Positions 29,273 to 39,463 of a DNA stretch of 64,000 bases are shown piece after piece. The notes under the pieces are model-generated. The model searched no databases, had not been told where the DNA came from, and was given only the letters and a program-made list of their open reading frames with translations. A program made the translations under genes and the position numbers. The DNA is from a virus. Position 1 is the stretch's first letter. Every line of letters starts with the position of its first letter. Location: positions 1 through 64,000 of the IMG/VR virus record IMGVR_UViG_3300034101_003866, one strand, 5' to 3'.

Positions 29273-29916
29273 AAAAAGTCATTAGCTTTAGTTTATGGGG
29301 AGATAACAAGAAATATACGTTTGGAGCTATGCGTAATGCAGAATTATTGCATAAGATATATCCAGGATGGGAAGCTTATTTTTTTCTAGGATCATCTGTT
29401 CCCGATATTGTTTGGAAAAACCTATTACTACTTCCAAATATAACAGTATTTTACAAGGACTCACCTGGAGATTGGAGTTCCATGTTCTGGAGATTTGAAA
29501 CGTCCTATGATCCTATGGTTGATGTTTCTATATTCAGAGATACCGATTCTAGAATATCTATGAGAGAAAAATATGCTGTTGATGAGTGGTTATCATCAGA
29601 TAAGACTTTTCATATAATGAGAGATCATCCTCATCATGGATTCCCTATTTTGGGAGGAATGTGGGGCTATAAGAAAAATGATAAATATGATATGAGAAAG
29701 CTATTAACCTCTTTTGATAAAAATAATAGATACGGTACTGACTATGAATTTTTTGGTAAAGTGTTATATCCAATGATTGGAGAAGATAAAATAGTTCATG
29801 ATCCATTCTTTGACAAAAAACCCTTCCCAACAGAACGAATAGACAGAGAGTTCGTTGGAGATGTATTTGATGAAAAAGGTAATAGACATCCAGAATATTG
29901 GAAATATATATCATGA
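29269..29916 (+). CDS. glycosyltransferase-like protein
   Basis: ISFSLWG, YPGW, MFWRF, RDTDSR, FHIMRDHP, ILGGMWG; ATGA overlap with the upstream gene. Confidence 0.7.
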   Translation: MKKVISFSLWGDNKKYTFGAMRNAELLHKIYPGWEAYFFLGSSVPDIVWKNLLLLPNITVFYKDSPGDWSSMFWRFETSYDPMVDVSIFRDTDSRISMREKYAVDEWLSSDKTFHIMRDHPHHGFPILGGMWGYKKNDKYDMRKLLTSFDKNNRYGTDYEFFGKVLYPMIGEDKIVHDPFFDKKPFPTERIDREFVGDVFDEKGNRHPEYWKYIS

Positions 29917-30692
29917 TTAAAAATTATGGATTTAATACTTTCGTAACTAAAAATTGGCTCCCTTTAGCAGAAGTATTGGTTGATTCAATTGTATCTTTTA
30001 GTAAATACAAGATCACCATAAACTGCATAAATTTTGAACATGACTTTAATCATAATCAAGTTATTAGTAAAACCATAAACATAGATAATCTTAATTTTTA
30101 TTCTATATGTATGGCAAAATGGATGTCTCTATTAGATAATCCCTATGATATATGTGCAATACTAGATTCTGATATGGTTGCTACTAAAGAAATAGATAAT
30201 CTTTTCTATGAAAATGAAAATAAAATTAAAAATTCTAAATTCCCTTTATTAGCAAAACATCCCCATAATCCTTTTTCTAATCCTATGCATATTGAAAATC
30301 TAAAAAATTTATGTTCTTTCTTTTCTAAGAATAGTCCCAAAATGAACTGGGTATATGCATGTGGACTAGTATCTCAAGACCATAAACATTTTATATCAGA
30401 ATTAGTGGATAATATTTCTGCATTCCATAAACGAGGAATACAAACCTATATAGAAGATGAAGGCATTTTGAATGCATTATTGACTAAATATGAAGTTTCT
30501 GAAGACTTAGGATATAATCATATTCCAAATTCTACTTTGATAAATGCATATATAAATAATGACATGACTGATAAAGATTTATATGAATCTTACTTAAAGA
30601 ATAATTGTCCTGTCAAATTTTATCTGTTACACGGATGTAAAAATCCTACACTAGCAAAGTCACTACTACAACAAATCAAAAATAAAACATGA
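29913..30692 (+). CDS. GT-A fold glycosyltransferase (GT8-like)
   Basis: LDSD DxD motif, DEGILN, LHGCK. Confidence 0.65.
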   Translation: MIKNYGFNTFVTKNWLPLAEVLVDSIVSFSKYKITINCINFEHDFNHNQVISKTINIDNLNFYSICMAKWMSLLDNPYDICAILDSDMVATKEIDNLFYENENKIKNSKFPLLAKHPHNPFSNPMHIENLKNLCSFFSKNSPKMNWVYACGLVSQDHKHFISELVDNISAFHKRGIQTYIEDEGILNALLTKYEVSEDLGYNHIPNSTLINAYINNDMTDKDLYESYLKNNCPVKFYLLHGCKNPTLAKSLLQQIKNKT

Positions 30693-31348
30693 TTATTCAT
30701 CATCATCTGGGACTAGGCGATCATTTTGTCTGTAATGGTTTAGTAAATTTTATTGCTAAACATAATACCGATTGTATAGATTTGATATGCAAAAAACATA
30801 ATTTTCCAACAGTAGAATGTCTATACTCTGAAAATAATAAAATCAATGTGATTCCAATTGAGCATAATGGAAATGAACTAGAAGCAGTGGATGAATATGC
30901 ACTATCTCATAATAAAACAATTTTACGAATAGGATTTCAATATTGCGATTCAAATAATTGGGATAAATCTTTTTATAAACAAGTCGGAATAGATTTTATA
31001 GAAAGATATAGATTTTTTAAATTACCCAGATCTAGATCAAACCCGTTTCTGCAGTCTCCTAGTCACAAATATATTTTTATTCATAACCAGAGTAGCGATG
31101 GACTATTTGATCTTGCTTTACAAAGCGATCTTCCAAAAATTTATGTTAAAAAAGAAGATACCAACAATCTATTATCCTATATTCATTTAATACAAAATGC
31201 TGAAGAAATTCATTGTATTAATAGTTCATTATTCCATCTTATAGACAGTATACCAAATATAACAAACAATTTATATTATCATAATGTAAGAAAACATCCT
31301 TGCCATTTTCAAGTATCACCCAAATGGAACATAGTAGAATATGTCTGA
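30689..31348 (+). CDS. glycosyltransferase-like protein (GT-B)
   Basis: HHLGLGDHF, AEEIHCINSS. Confidence 0.6.
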   Translation: MIIHHHLGLGDHFVCNGLVNFIAKHNTDCIDLICKKHNFPTVECLYSENNKINVIPIEHNGNELEAVDEYALSHNKTILRIGFQYCDSNNWDKSFYKQVGIDFIERYRFFKLPRSRSNPFLQSPSHKYIFIHNQSSDGLFDLALQSDLPKIYVKKEDTNNLLSYIHLIQNAEEIHCINSSLFHLIDSIPNITNNLYYHNVRKHPCHFQVSPKWNIVEYV

Positions 31349-31724
31349 GAGAATACCAACTTCTAATGGAGAAATATTAGATAAATTTTCTATACTAGAA
31401 TTAAAATATAATAAAATTTTAGATCCAAATAAAATAAATAATATAAAAAATGAATTATCTTATTTAAAAGATATTTCTTATAATATTATTAAAAGTTATA
31501 ATATAGTTAATCTTTATAATGAATTAAAACAAGTTAATGAGCGATTATGGAATATAGAAGATAATATTAGAATCAAAGAAAATAAACAAGAATTTGATAA
31601 TGAATTTATAGAATTAGCTAGAAATGTATACAAAACTAATGATCAACGAGCAAATATAAAAAAACTTATAAATGAAATATCGGATTCAGAGATCGTAGAA
31701 GAAAAATCCTATGAAAAATATTGA
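31341..31724 (+). CDS. DUF6165-like coiled protein
   Basis: SNGEILDKFSILELK, LWNIED.IR, ARNVYKTNDQR, EEKSY. Confidence 0.7.
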   Translation: MSERIPTSNGEILDKFSILELKYNKILDPNKINNIKNELSYLKDISYNIIKSYNIVNLYNELKQVNERLWNIEDNIRIKENKQEFDNEFIELARNVYKTNDQRANIKKLINEISDSEIVEEKSYEKY

Positions 31725-32499
31725 TTATATAGAATTAAATAAATTATCTCATCTTCATGATGAACAAAATATCTTTTTTTGTAAGACAGATTATATCTTA
31801 GAAGATTTTGAAACAATACGAAACGTAAATCATCCGGTCACTTTAATTACGGGAAACTCTGATTATGCAATTACAGATGATATAGTTTCTTTGGCTCCTA
31901 AGAATATCATTGATTGGTATGCACAGAACGCAGTTTCCAAGTCTAAAATTCTACATCCTCTACCAATAGGATTAGAAAATAAACTACCATCAGTTAGACA
32001 AGGACATGGTATAGGATATTTTGACAGAGCATCAGAGAAGGAGAATCTGCTAAATGAAAATAATATATCTAATTTAGATAGTAAATTTATTTATGCTAAT
32101 TTTAATGTTAATACCAATTATAGTCATAGATCAATAGTTAAACAATATTGTATACAATCGTCTTTTATTAATTGGCAAGAACCTAATTTAACTCTGTCAG
32201 ATTTTTTTAATACAATACGAGATTATAAGATGGTAGTTTGTCCAGCAGGAAATGGTATAGATACACACAGATTATGGGAAGTTTTATACAGTAATAGGGT
32301 GCCAATTACCCTAGTTACTGGAGACTTTAAGATATATGAACTATATAAAAAATTACCAATAATTCTATTAAATCATATTGATCAATTGCTTGATAAAAAT
32401 TTTATAACACAAGAATATAATAGGTGTTTGTCTCAGAACTGGGATAAATCATTATTAGATGTAAACTCATGGATTAAAATTATTCAAAATAAAGACTAA
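31711..32499 (+). CDS. exostosin-like (GT47-related) protein
   Basis: PLPIGL, YANF, CPAGNGIDTHRLWEVLY. Confidence 0.65.
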   Translation: MKNIDYIELNKLSHLHDEQNIFFCKTDYILEDFETIRNVNHPVTLITGNSDYAITDDIVSLAPKNIIDWYAQNAVSKSKILHPLPIGLENKLPSVRQGHGIGYFDRASEKENLLNENNISNLDSKFIYANFNVNTNYSHRSIVKQYCIQSSFINWQEPNLTLSDFFNTIRDYKMVVCPAGNGIDTHRLWEVLYSNRVPITLVTGDFKIYELYKKLPIILLNHIDQLLDKNFITQEYNRCLSQNWDKSLLDVNSWIKIIQNKD

Positions 32500-32503
32500 C
32501 ATT

Positions 32504-33349
32504 ATGAGTAAAAATATATTAATATTAGGTAATGGGTTTATTGGTAAGAACCTATACGCATATTTTGTTTCTAAATATAATACAACTGTTACTAGTAAAA
32601 AAGATGTAGATATCACAAAAATCGAAACTGTTAGAAACTATCTGTCTGATAAAAATTTTGATTATGTTATTTACTCTATCGGAATAAAAGATATTGCTGA
32701 ATGTGAGAAATATCCAGATAAAGCATATGCTATTAACTCTAACGGTGTTGCTAATGTTATCAAATCTCTAAATAAAGATACCAAATTTATTTATATATCT
32801 ACAGACTATGTATTTGATGGTAACGCAGGAGGATATTCAGAAAACTCTGTATCTCTACCGTCAACCACTTACGGACAATCCAAACTAATAGGAGAACAAC
32901 ACTCACTCCAGCACAATAACTCTATTGTTGTTAGAACATCCGGAGTATATGGAGAAAATTGTCTTTGGCTTAAAAACTTATTAATTTCTTTGTCAGAGAA
33001 GAAAGAAACTGTATGTTTTTCTGATGTATATAATACTCCAACATATGCTATCAATTTAGCAGAAATGATTGACGATATTATTAATATTAATTTTGTAGGA
33101 GTTATCCATTTAAGCGGGAATACAAGAAATAATAGATATGAACTATACTCATCTGTGGCTACTATATTTGAGAGGGATCTTTCTCTTTTGTCTAGCGGAC
33201 TATCAGACGGAAAATTTCCTAAAGATATTTCATTAAATAATAATTTGTATAAACAAATAACTAAAAAAATACCAGATTCTGTAACTAGCGGACTAACAAG
33301 ACTAAAAAATGAACATCAATATATTGATCCCGTCAACTTCATCAATTAA
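32504..33349 (+). CDS. rmlD: dTDP-4-dehydrorhamnose reductase
   Basis: GNGFIG, YISTDYVFDG, YGQSKLIGE, NTPTY. Confidence 0.88.
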   Translation: MSKNILILGNGFIGKNLYAYFVSKYNTTVTSKKDVDITKIETVRNYLSDKNFDYVIYSIGIKDIAECEKYPDKAYAINSNGVANVIKSLNKDTKFIYISTDYVFDGNAGGYSENSVSLPSTTYGQSKLIGEQHSLQHNNSIVVRTSGVYGENCLWLKNLLISLSEKKETVCFSDVYNTPTYAINLAEMIDDIININFVGVIHLSGNTRNNRYELYSSVATIFERDLSLLSSGLSDGKFPKDISLNNNLYKQITKKIPDSVTSGLTRLKNEHQYIDPVNFIN

Positions 33350-34202
33350 TACTATTAATAATGGAGCAAATGTTCAAGGGGATGAACTAGTTGCTCGATC
33401 CTGGGCAAAATATCTACAAAAAGATACAAGAGTTTCTAATGTAGATATTAATGGATTTGGCATATATGATATTTCTATATCCTTTAGTCCATTAGTAAAC
33501 CAACAAATGACAGGATATAAAGTACTATATCTACAAAATGTTTTTCCAAAACCCGCTTGGCCCGGCACTATTGAAGTTTATCATCAAATAAAAAATAACT
33601 ATGATGGTTTTATATTTCCGTCTGAAGGACTAATGAACAACTGTGGCGAAGGGCTTGTGTGTCAATTTGCTGTTGATCCTGATTTATTTTTTCCTAAATC
33701 TATAAATGATAATTTATCTCATAACTTGTGTTTTGTAGGAAATAATATTAGAGATCAACAAACATCAGAAAAATATTTATTATGTGCTAAAGATAAAGGA
33801 TTGGCTATATATGGTAATCCAGCAGGATGGAACTCTCCACTATGTAAAGGAAAGATAAGCATAGATGATGAAGCCACATTATACTCTTCTTCAAAAATAT
33901 GTTTAAATGCTCATCTTACTGAACACCTAGATTATGGTTCATATAATTTCCGTATATTTAATATTCTAGCATGTAAAGGTTTTATTATTTCTGACAGATC
34001 TAAATTCTTAGAAACAGAATTTAATGACTGTATGGAATTTACAGACGGAAATGATGATCTTCTTTCAAAGATTGATTATTACTTAAATAATCCAGAAGAG
34101 ACAAATAAATATAGAGAATATGGCTATAATTATATTTTATCTAAACATACTTTCAAACACAGAATGTCAGATCTATTAAACTGGCTAGGAACAAAATTAT
34201 GA
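33309..34202 (+). CDS. glycosyltransferase (CgeB / Glyco_trans_1_2-like)
   Basis: FAVDP, FVGN, SKICLN, NFRIFNILAC, HTFKHR. Confidence 0.8.
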   Translation: MNINILIPSTSSINTINNGANVQGDELVARSWAKYLQKDTRVSNVDINGFGIYDISISFSPLVNQQMTGYKVLYLQNVFPKPAWPGTIEVYHQIKNNYDGFIFPSEGLMNNCGEGLVCQFAVDPDLFFPKSINDNLSHNLCFVGNNIRDQQTSEKYLLCAKDKGLAIYGNPAGWNSPLCKGKISIDDEATLYSSSKICLNAHLTEHLDYGSYNFRIFNILACKGFIISDRSKFLETEFNDCMEFTDGNDDLLSKIDYYLNNPEETNKYREYGYNYILSKHTFKHRMSDLLNWLGTKL

Positions 34203-35578
34203 AAATATTATTTGCAAATATACCAAATGTAAAATATGTTAATGGACAGATCCATACTGGGCCAAATGCAGGATCACGATGGCCTTGGACTAATCCCGGA
34301 GGACATTTTCATGGCTATGCACCTTTCCCATTTTGGCTAGGATATGCTGCAAAATATGTACAACATCATGGTTTTGAAACGTATTTTTATGATGGCGTTG
34401 CACTAAAACATGCTGATTTAGAAATTACTAAAAAAGTTATTTATGATTTAAAACCAGATATAATTTTTTATGATATATCTACTCCAACTTTTAAACTAAA
34501 TAACGATATAGCATTATGGTTTAAACAAAATATTGGATGTCGAAATGTATATTGTGGACCGCACATGAAAACCTATGCCAATGAATGTATAGAGTTAGAT
34601 CATGTCGATCATTGTATTGTTGGAGAATACGACATACCAGCATTAGACATTTGTCAAAAACTAGATAATGCTAAAGATATCTACAGATTTGAACATTTGT
34701 CAAATATCGATACTCTGCCCAATGGAGACAATTTTTTACCATATAGACCATTAGAATATATTCAAAATTATTATGAACCAACTATGAACACTCCAATGAT
34801 TCAATTAACTGTGAGTGCTTCTCGTGGATGTCCATTTAAATGTACATATTGTCAATGGCCAAATGTTATAAATAATGGTAAATACAGAGCAAGATCAGCA
34901 GAAATGGTTGTTGATGAAATCCAACAAATGAAAAATATTTTAGGAGATAATCTAAGAAGTATACTTTTTGATGATGATACATGGAATCTTGGACACAACA
35001 GAATATCCAAAATTTGTGATGGATTAAAGAATTTTAATATGCCGTGGACAATGATGGGTAGAATAGATACGAGTAAACCAGAGCTATATGATAAAATGGT
35101 GGATTCTGGTTGTGTTGGTATGAGATTTGGTATTGAAACATTTAATCAGGAACTATCTGATAATGTTAAAAAACATATGAATACTAAAACTGCTTATGAT
35201 AATCTAAAATATTTAGTTACTAGATTTTCAAATATGGAATTTCATTTTACTACCATGAAAAATTTTCCAGGAGAAAAAGCAGGATCATGGGCAAAAGATC
35301 AAGAAATACTCCAAGATCTTCAACGAATTGGTAGACAAAATAATAATACTGTTCATTGGCAAATTAGTGATTGCATACCCTTCCCTGGAACAGAATTATG
35401 GGAGGAACTAGTAGAACTCGGACACGGAGATACTCTTAAAGACTTTAGTTTATATGATGGTAGTCCAGAGCATAATGGAGCATTAGAAAAAACTGTAGGC
35501 TGGCTAGGAGAAAATTACAAACCTAAATATTCAGAATACTCTAAGGATGGAAGTCCAACAAACTTTCCAGAACATTAA
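34199..35578 (+). CDS. cobalamin-binding radical SAM protein (class B methyltransferase-like)
   Basis: N-terminal B12-binding-type region (GPH, IVGEYD); SRGCPFKCTYC; FDDD; FGIE; PFPGT. Confidence 0.88.
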   Translation: MKILFANIPNVKYVNGQIHTGPNAGSRWPWTNPGGHFHGYAPFPFWLGYAAKYVQHHGFETYFYDGVALKHADLEITKKVIYDLKPDIIFYDISTPTFKLNNDIALWFKQNIGCRNVYCGPHMKTYANECIELDHVDHCIVGEYDIPALDICQKLDNAKDIYRFEHLSNIDTLPNGDNFLPYRPLEYIQNYYEPTMNTPMIQLTVSASRGCPFKCTYCQWPNVINNGKYRARSAEMVVDEIQQMKNILGDNLRSILFDDDTWNLGHNRISKICDGLKNFNMPWTMMGRIDTSKPELYDKMVDSGCVGMRFGIETFNQELSDNVKKHMNTKTAYDNLKYLVTRFSNMEFHFTTMKNFPGEKAGSWAKDQEILQDLQRIGRQNNNTVHWQISDCIPFPGTELWEELVELGHGDTLKDFSLYDGSPEHNGALEKTVGWLGENYKPKYSEYSKDGSPTNFPEH

Positions 35579-35580
35579 TC

Positions 35581-36210
35581 ATGAAAGGTCAAATAAATCT
35601 TGATACAAAATTAGGTCAGCATATATATAACATTATTAAAAATTATGATATTAAAACTATATTAGACATAGGAACATGGAATGGATACGGCAGTACAATG
35701 TGTTGCTTACAGTCTATCATAGATAACAATAAAAATTGTAACTTCATTTCAATAGAAGCTAACCATAAACAATTCTTGGAAGCACAAGTAAATCTGAAAA
35801 ACTATATCAAATATGTTCAATTATTTTATGGACGTATAACACATTTAAAGGATTTAGTTTCTTTAAATGATTATGATGAATCTTTTTTTACCTTATTCAG
35901 TAAAAATCTTCAAGAACAATGGTATCAAGTAGACGTAAACCAGCACACCACTGCTCCATATATATATGATACAATTATTTCTATAATGAATAATCATATA
36001 AATTTACTAATATCAGATGGTGGAGAATATTGTTCACATGGAGAATTTAATAAATTAAAAGATATTGTTGATTTTATTATTTTAGATGACACTAATACTA
36101 TTAAAAACTATAACACAGCAGAAATAATTAGAAAATCTCCAGATCAATACGAAATATTAGCAGATGATACTAATGAGAGAAATGGTTTTATGGTGTGTAG
36201 AAAAAAATGA
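35581..36210 (+). CDS. SAM-dependent methyltransferase-like protein
   Basis: LDIGTWNGYGST, DGGEY, ILDDTN. Confidence 0.7.
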   Translation: MKGQINLDTKLGQHIYNIIKNYDIKTILDIGTWNGYGSTMCCLQSIIDNNKNCNFISIEANHKQFLEAQVNLKNYIKYVQLFYGRITHLKDLVSLNDYDESFFTLFSKNLQEQWYQVDVNQHTTAPYIYDTIISIMNNHINLLISDGGEYCSHGEFNKLKDIVDFIILDDTNTIKNYNTAEIIRKSPDQYEILADDTNERNGFMVCRKK

Positions 36211-36731
36211 ATCATACATTTATTTATAATAAATTAATTTCTGATATAATTTTAATTAAAACTCAAATTTATGAAGATAATCGAGGTACTCTTTATGAAA
36301 CTTATAATAAAGAGTTATTTACTAAAAATGGTATACCAGAGATAGTACAAGAAAAATGTTCACGTTCCGAACATAGAGTACTAAGAGGATTACACTATCA
36401 AAAAGATCCTTACGGACAAGGCAAAATAATTAGATGTAATAGAGGTAAAATTTTTGATGTTGCCGTTGATATTAGAGAAAATTCAACAACATATAAACAA
36501 TGGGTTTCATATGAATTATCAGAATCTAATAAAGATATGGTATATATACCACCAGGATTTGCTCATGGAATATTAGTGTTAAGCGAGGATGGTGCAGACT
36601 TTAGCTACTTTACAACAGAAAAACACTATCCAGAATATGAAACGGTAATAAAATATGATGATCCAACAATAAATATAGATTGGCCAATTAAAGATGTAAT
36701 TCTATCAAATAAGGACAAAGGAAACAAATGA
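36207..36731 (+). CDS. rmlC: dTDP-4-dehydrorhamnose 3,5-epimerase
   Basis: EDNRG, VLRGLHYQ, DVAVDIR, IPPGFAHG, DDPTINIDWP. Confidence 0.93.
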   Translation: MNHTFIYNKLISDIILIKTQIYEDNRGTLYETYNKELFTKNGIPEIVQEKCSRSEHRVLRGLHYQKDPYGQGKIIRCNRGKIFDVAVDIRENSTTYKQWVSYELSESNKDMVYIPPGFAHGILVLSEDGADFSYFTTEKHYPEYETVIKYDDPTINIDWPIKDVILSNKDKGNK

Positions 36732-37465
36732 AAAATTATAGATGTTCTTCTTTTTGTTCTTTATATAAAGGAGAAAAATTTGTTCAAGGATATATAGAAG
36801 ACATGTTGAAACAGTCTATTTTTAATGATATTGAATTTATCTTTTTAGACTGTGCTTCTCCAGAAAATGAAAAAGACTTTATTTTACCATTAACTGAAGA
36901 ATATTCAAATATAAAGTATCATAGACTAGATAGCGATCCTGGTTTATATGCAGCATGGAATATGGCTATTAAAATGTGCTCATCAAATTTAATAGGAAAC
37001 TGGAATATTGACGATAGAAAAAATATAAATAGTTTTGAAATACTGGTTAAGTGTTTTGATAGAGATCCAGATTTAGACGTAGCATACGGACTAACATACG
37101 TATCAACAATCGCTAATGAAAAATATGAAAATAATGATTACTCTAATTTTTATCCGTGCTTACCTCATTCGTTAAAAAACTTATTAATGAATAACAGTCC
37201 TCATTGTATGCCGTTATGGAAAAAGAATTTACATGATAGATTTGGATACTTTGACGAATCGTATAAGACGGCTTCTGATGGAGATATGTGGTTGCGTTCC
37301 TGCGTCGGAGGTGCTAAGATACAGTTGGTCAATCACCCTGTTGGCTTGTACTACCACAACCCAAAGGGTAGATCGACTGATCAAAAAACGTTGTTGGAGA
37401 TGGTTGCTGAAGTTCAGCAAATGAGAAAAAAATACATACACTATTTGGAGAATGACAATGGATAG
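36728..37465 (+). CDS. GT2-family glycosyltransferase
   Basis: LYAAWN, NIDDR, GYFDE, DGDMWLR. Confidence 0.85.
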   Translation: MKNYRCSSFCSLYKGEKFVQGYIEDMLKQSIFNDIEFIFLDCASPENEKDFILPLTEEYSNIKYHRLDSDPGLYAAWNMAIKMCSSNLIGNWNIDDRKNINSFEILVKCFDRDPDLDVAYGLTYVSTIANEKYENNDYSNFYPCLPHSLKNLLMNNSPHCMPLWKKNLHDRFGYFDESYKTASDGDMWLRSCVGGAKIQLVNHPVGLYYHNPKGRSTDQKTLLEMVAEVQQMRKKYIHYLENDNG

Positions 37466-37601
37466 TTTTATTATTTTGTGTTTGGCAATATCCCTAATTG
37501 GCGGAATAATTTCTGGGATCAAAGAAATGACAGATAGATCAGGCTATTCTGTTAAATCATCAAAAAATATATTTACATTTCTGTTTTGCGATAAATATTA
37601 A
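37452..37601 (+). CDS. 49-aa membrane protein not in the ORF track
   Basis: MTMDSFIILCLAISLIGGIISG...; GGAG RBS; TAATG coupling to the next gene; fills the gap exactly. Confidence 0.6.
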   Translation: MTMDSFIILCLAISLIGGIISGIKEMTDRSGYSVKSSKNIFTFLFCDKY

Positions 37602-38131
37602 TGGAAAGACTAAAAAATCAAAGAGTATATCTTGCTGGAGCAATGGATAGGGTTCCAGATAGAGGTTCAACATGGAGAGATAATATTACTCCATTTCTTA
37701 ATGAGCTTGGTATAGTAGTGTTTAATCCTATTAGTAAACCAACAGATATAGGATTAGAAGATAAAGACACTCATGCTATAAAAACCAAGCTGAAAGAAAA
37801 AGCACGATACGACGAATTAACTGCCATGATGAAAACTATTCGTTCTGTTGACTTGAGGCTTGTTGATATTAGTGATTTTTTGATAGTTAATTTAGACCTT
37901 AATACTCATCCGTGTGGAACTCTTGAAGAAATTTTCTGGGCTAATCGTCAAAAAAAACCAATAATTATTCATATGGTTCAAGGAAAGAATCATACGCCAG
38001 ATTGGTTATTTGGAACAATACCTCACCAGATGATATTCTCTACATGGGATGAAATTAAAAGTTATTTACAACACATTAATACTTCTGAAAATATAGATTC
38101 TCATAAAAGATGGTATTTCTTTTCGGTGTAA
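37601..38131 (+). CDS. nucleoside 2-deoxyribosyltransferase-like / nucleotide N-hydrolase
   Basis: VYLAG, WR, FNP, DL..V..SD, GTLEE. Confidence 0.8.
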   Translation: MERLKNQRVYLAGAMDRVPDRGSTWRDNITPFLNELGIVVFNPISKPTDIGLEDKDTHAIKTKLKEKARYDELTAMMKTIRSVDLRLVDISDFLIVNLDLNTHPCGTLEEIFWANRQKKPIIIHMVQGKNHTPDWLFGTIPHQMIFSTWDEIKSYLQHINTSENIDSHKRWYFFSV

Positions 38132-38132
38132 A

Positions 38133-38336
38133 ATGCCCAAATATTATGTTAAATCTGGTCAAATAAAATTTATTGTAGATTGCACCGATCATATATGCGC
38201 TATATTAGCAGCGTTATCTCACTATAAGGGAAAAGGTATTGTGACTGGGCCAAAAATTTGTGTTAGTGAACAAGGATTTGAAGATTTTAAAAAATGGAAA
38301 TGCTATGATACTGATAAGTATCTAAAGGGAATATAA
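38133..38336 (+). CDS. hypothetical protein
   Basis: coupled 67-aa ORF MPKYYVKSG...VSEQGF. Confidence 0.6.
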   Translation: MPKYYVKSGQIKFIVDCTDHICAILAALSHYKGKGIVTGPKICVSEQGFEDFKKWKCYDTDKYLKGI

Positions 38337-39463
38337 TGCAAAAAATTATAAATGAAATTAAATTAGATTTTGATGATGTTCTAATCAGACCTAAAAGATC
38401 AACACTCAATAGTCGATCAGAAGTTTGTATTCAAAGAGAATTTAAGTTCAAATATTCTCCACGAAAATTACTAGCAGTTCCCGTCATGGTTGCGAATATG
38501 GATACTGTTGGAACTTTTGAGATGGCAAAATCATTAGGAAAAAATCAAGCCATAGTATGTTTGCACAAACACTATAAGATTAATGAATATGTTGCTTTCT
38601 ATACTGATCCTAGTATTTTAAATAAAAATCTTGCATTTTATTCTATTGGAACTAGCCAAAAAGACACAGAAAAACTAATTGAAGTATTCAATCAAATTAA
38701 AAAATTTAATTACCCTACCCCTAATATCTGCTTAGATGTTGCAAATGGGTATACAGAACAGTTTGTTAAAATTGCTCGTAAAATAAGAAATTTATATCCA
38801 GAATCAGTTATCATGGCCGGTAATGTTGTAACCCCAGAAATGACAGAAGAATTAATCATTCATGGTCAGGTTGACATAGTAAAGGTTGGTATAGGATCGG
38901 GCAGTGTTTGTACTACTCGTTTAAAAACTGGCGTAGGATACCCTCAGTTGAGTGCGGTGATGGAATGTACGGACGCTGCTCATGGCCTTGGTGGACACGT
39001 TTGCTCAGACGGTGGGTGTAAAGTGGTGGGGGATGTTTGCAAAGCATTTGGTGCAAATAGTGATTTTGTTATGTTAGGAAGCATATTTGCTGGCACAGAC
39101 GAGTGTGAAGGAGAATGGAAATACGAATATTTAATTGAGGCAGGATCATCTGCTCCTGGATTTTGGCAGCCAATAGATCCAGAAAATAATAGCATAAAAA
39201 GAAAAATATCTTTGCAATACTATGGAATGAGTAGTTCCAAAGCTATGGATAAGCACCATAATGGCGTTGCAGATTATAGAACAGCAGAAGGTAAGTGCGT
39301 TACTGTTCCATATAAAGGAATAGCAGAAGAAGTACTTCAAGATATTTATGGAGGAATACGAAGTGCTTGTACTTACATAGGCGCTAGTAAAATAAAAGAT
39401 TTTGGCAAAAAAACAACATTTATACAAGTCAACAATACCCATAATAAGATATATGAAAAATGA
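38336..39463 (+). CDS. guaC: GMP reductase
   Basis: KLDFDDVLIRPKRSTL, ANMDTVG, DVANGY, KVGIGSGSVCTTR, YGMSS, YRTAEGK, GGIRSACTYIGA. Confidence 0.95.
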   Translation: MQKIINEIKLDFDDVLIRPKRSTLNSRSEVCIQREFKFKYSPRKLLAVPVMVANMDTVGTFEMAKSLGKNQAIVCLHKHYKINEYVAFYTDPSILNKNLAFYSIGTSQKDTEKLIEVFNQIKKFNYPTPNICLDVANGYTEQFVKIARKIRNLYPESVIMAGNVVTPEMTEELIIHGQVDIVKVGIGSGSVCTTRLKTGVGYPQLSAVMECTDAAHGLGGHVCSDGGCKVVGDVCKAFGANSDFVMLGSIFAGTDECEGEWKYEYLIEAGSSAPGFWQPIDPENNSIKRKISLQYYGMSSSKAMDKHHNGVADYRTAEGKCVTVPYKGIAEEVLQDIYGGIRSACTYIGASKIKDFGKKTTFIQVNNTHNKIYEK

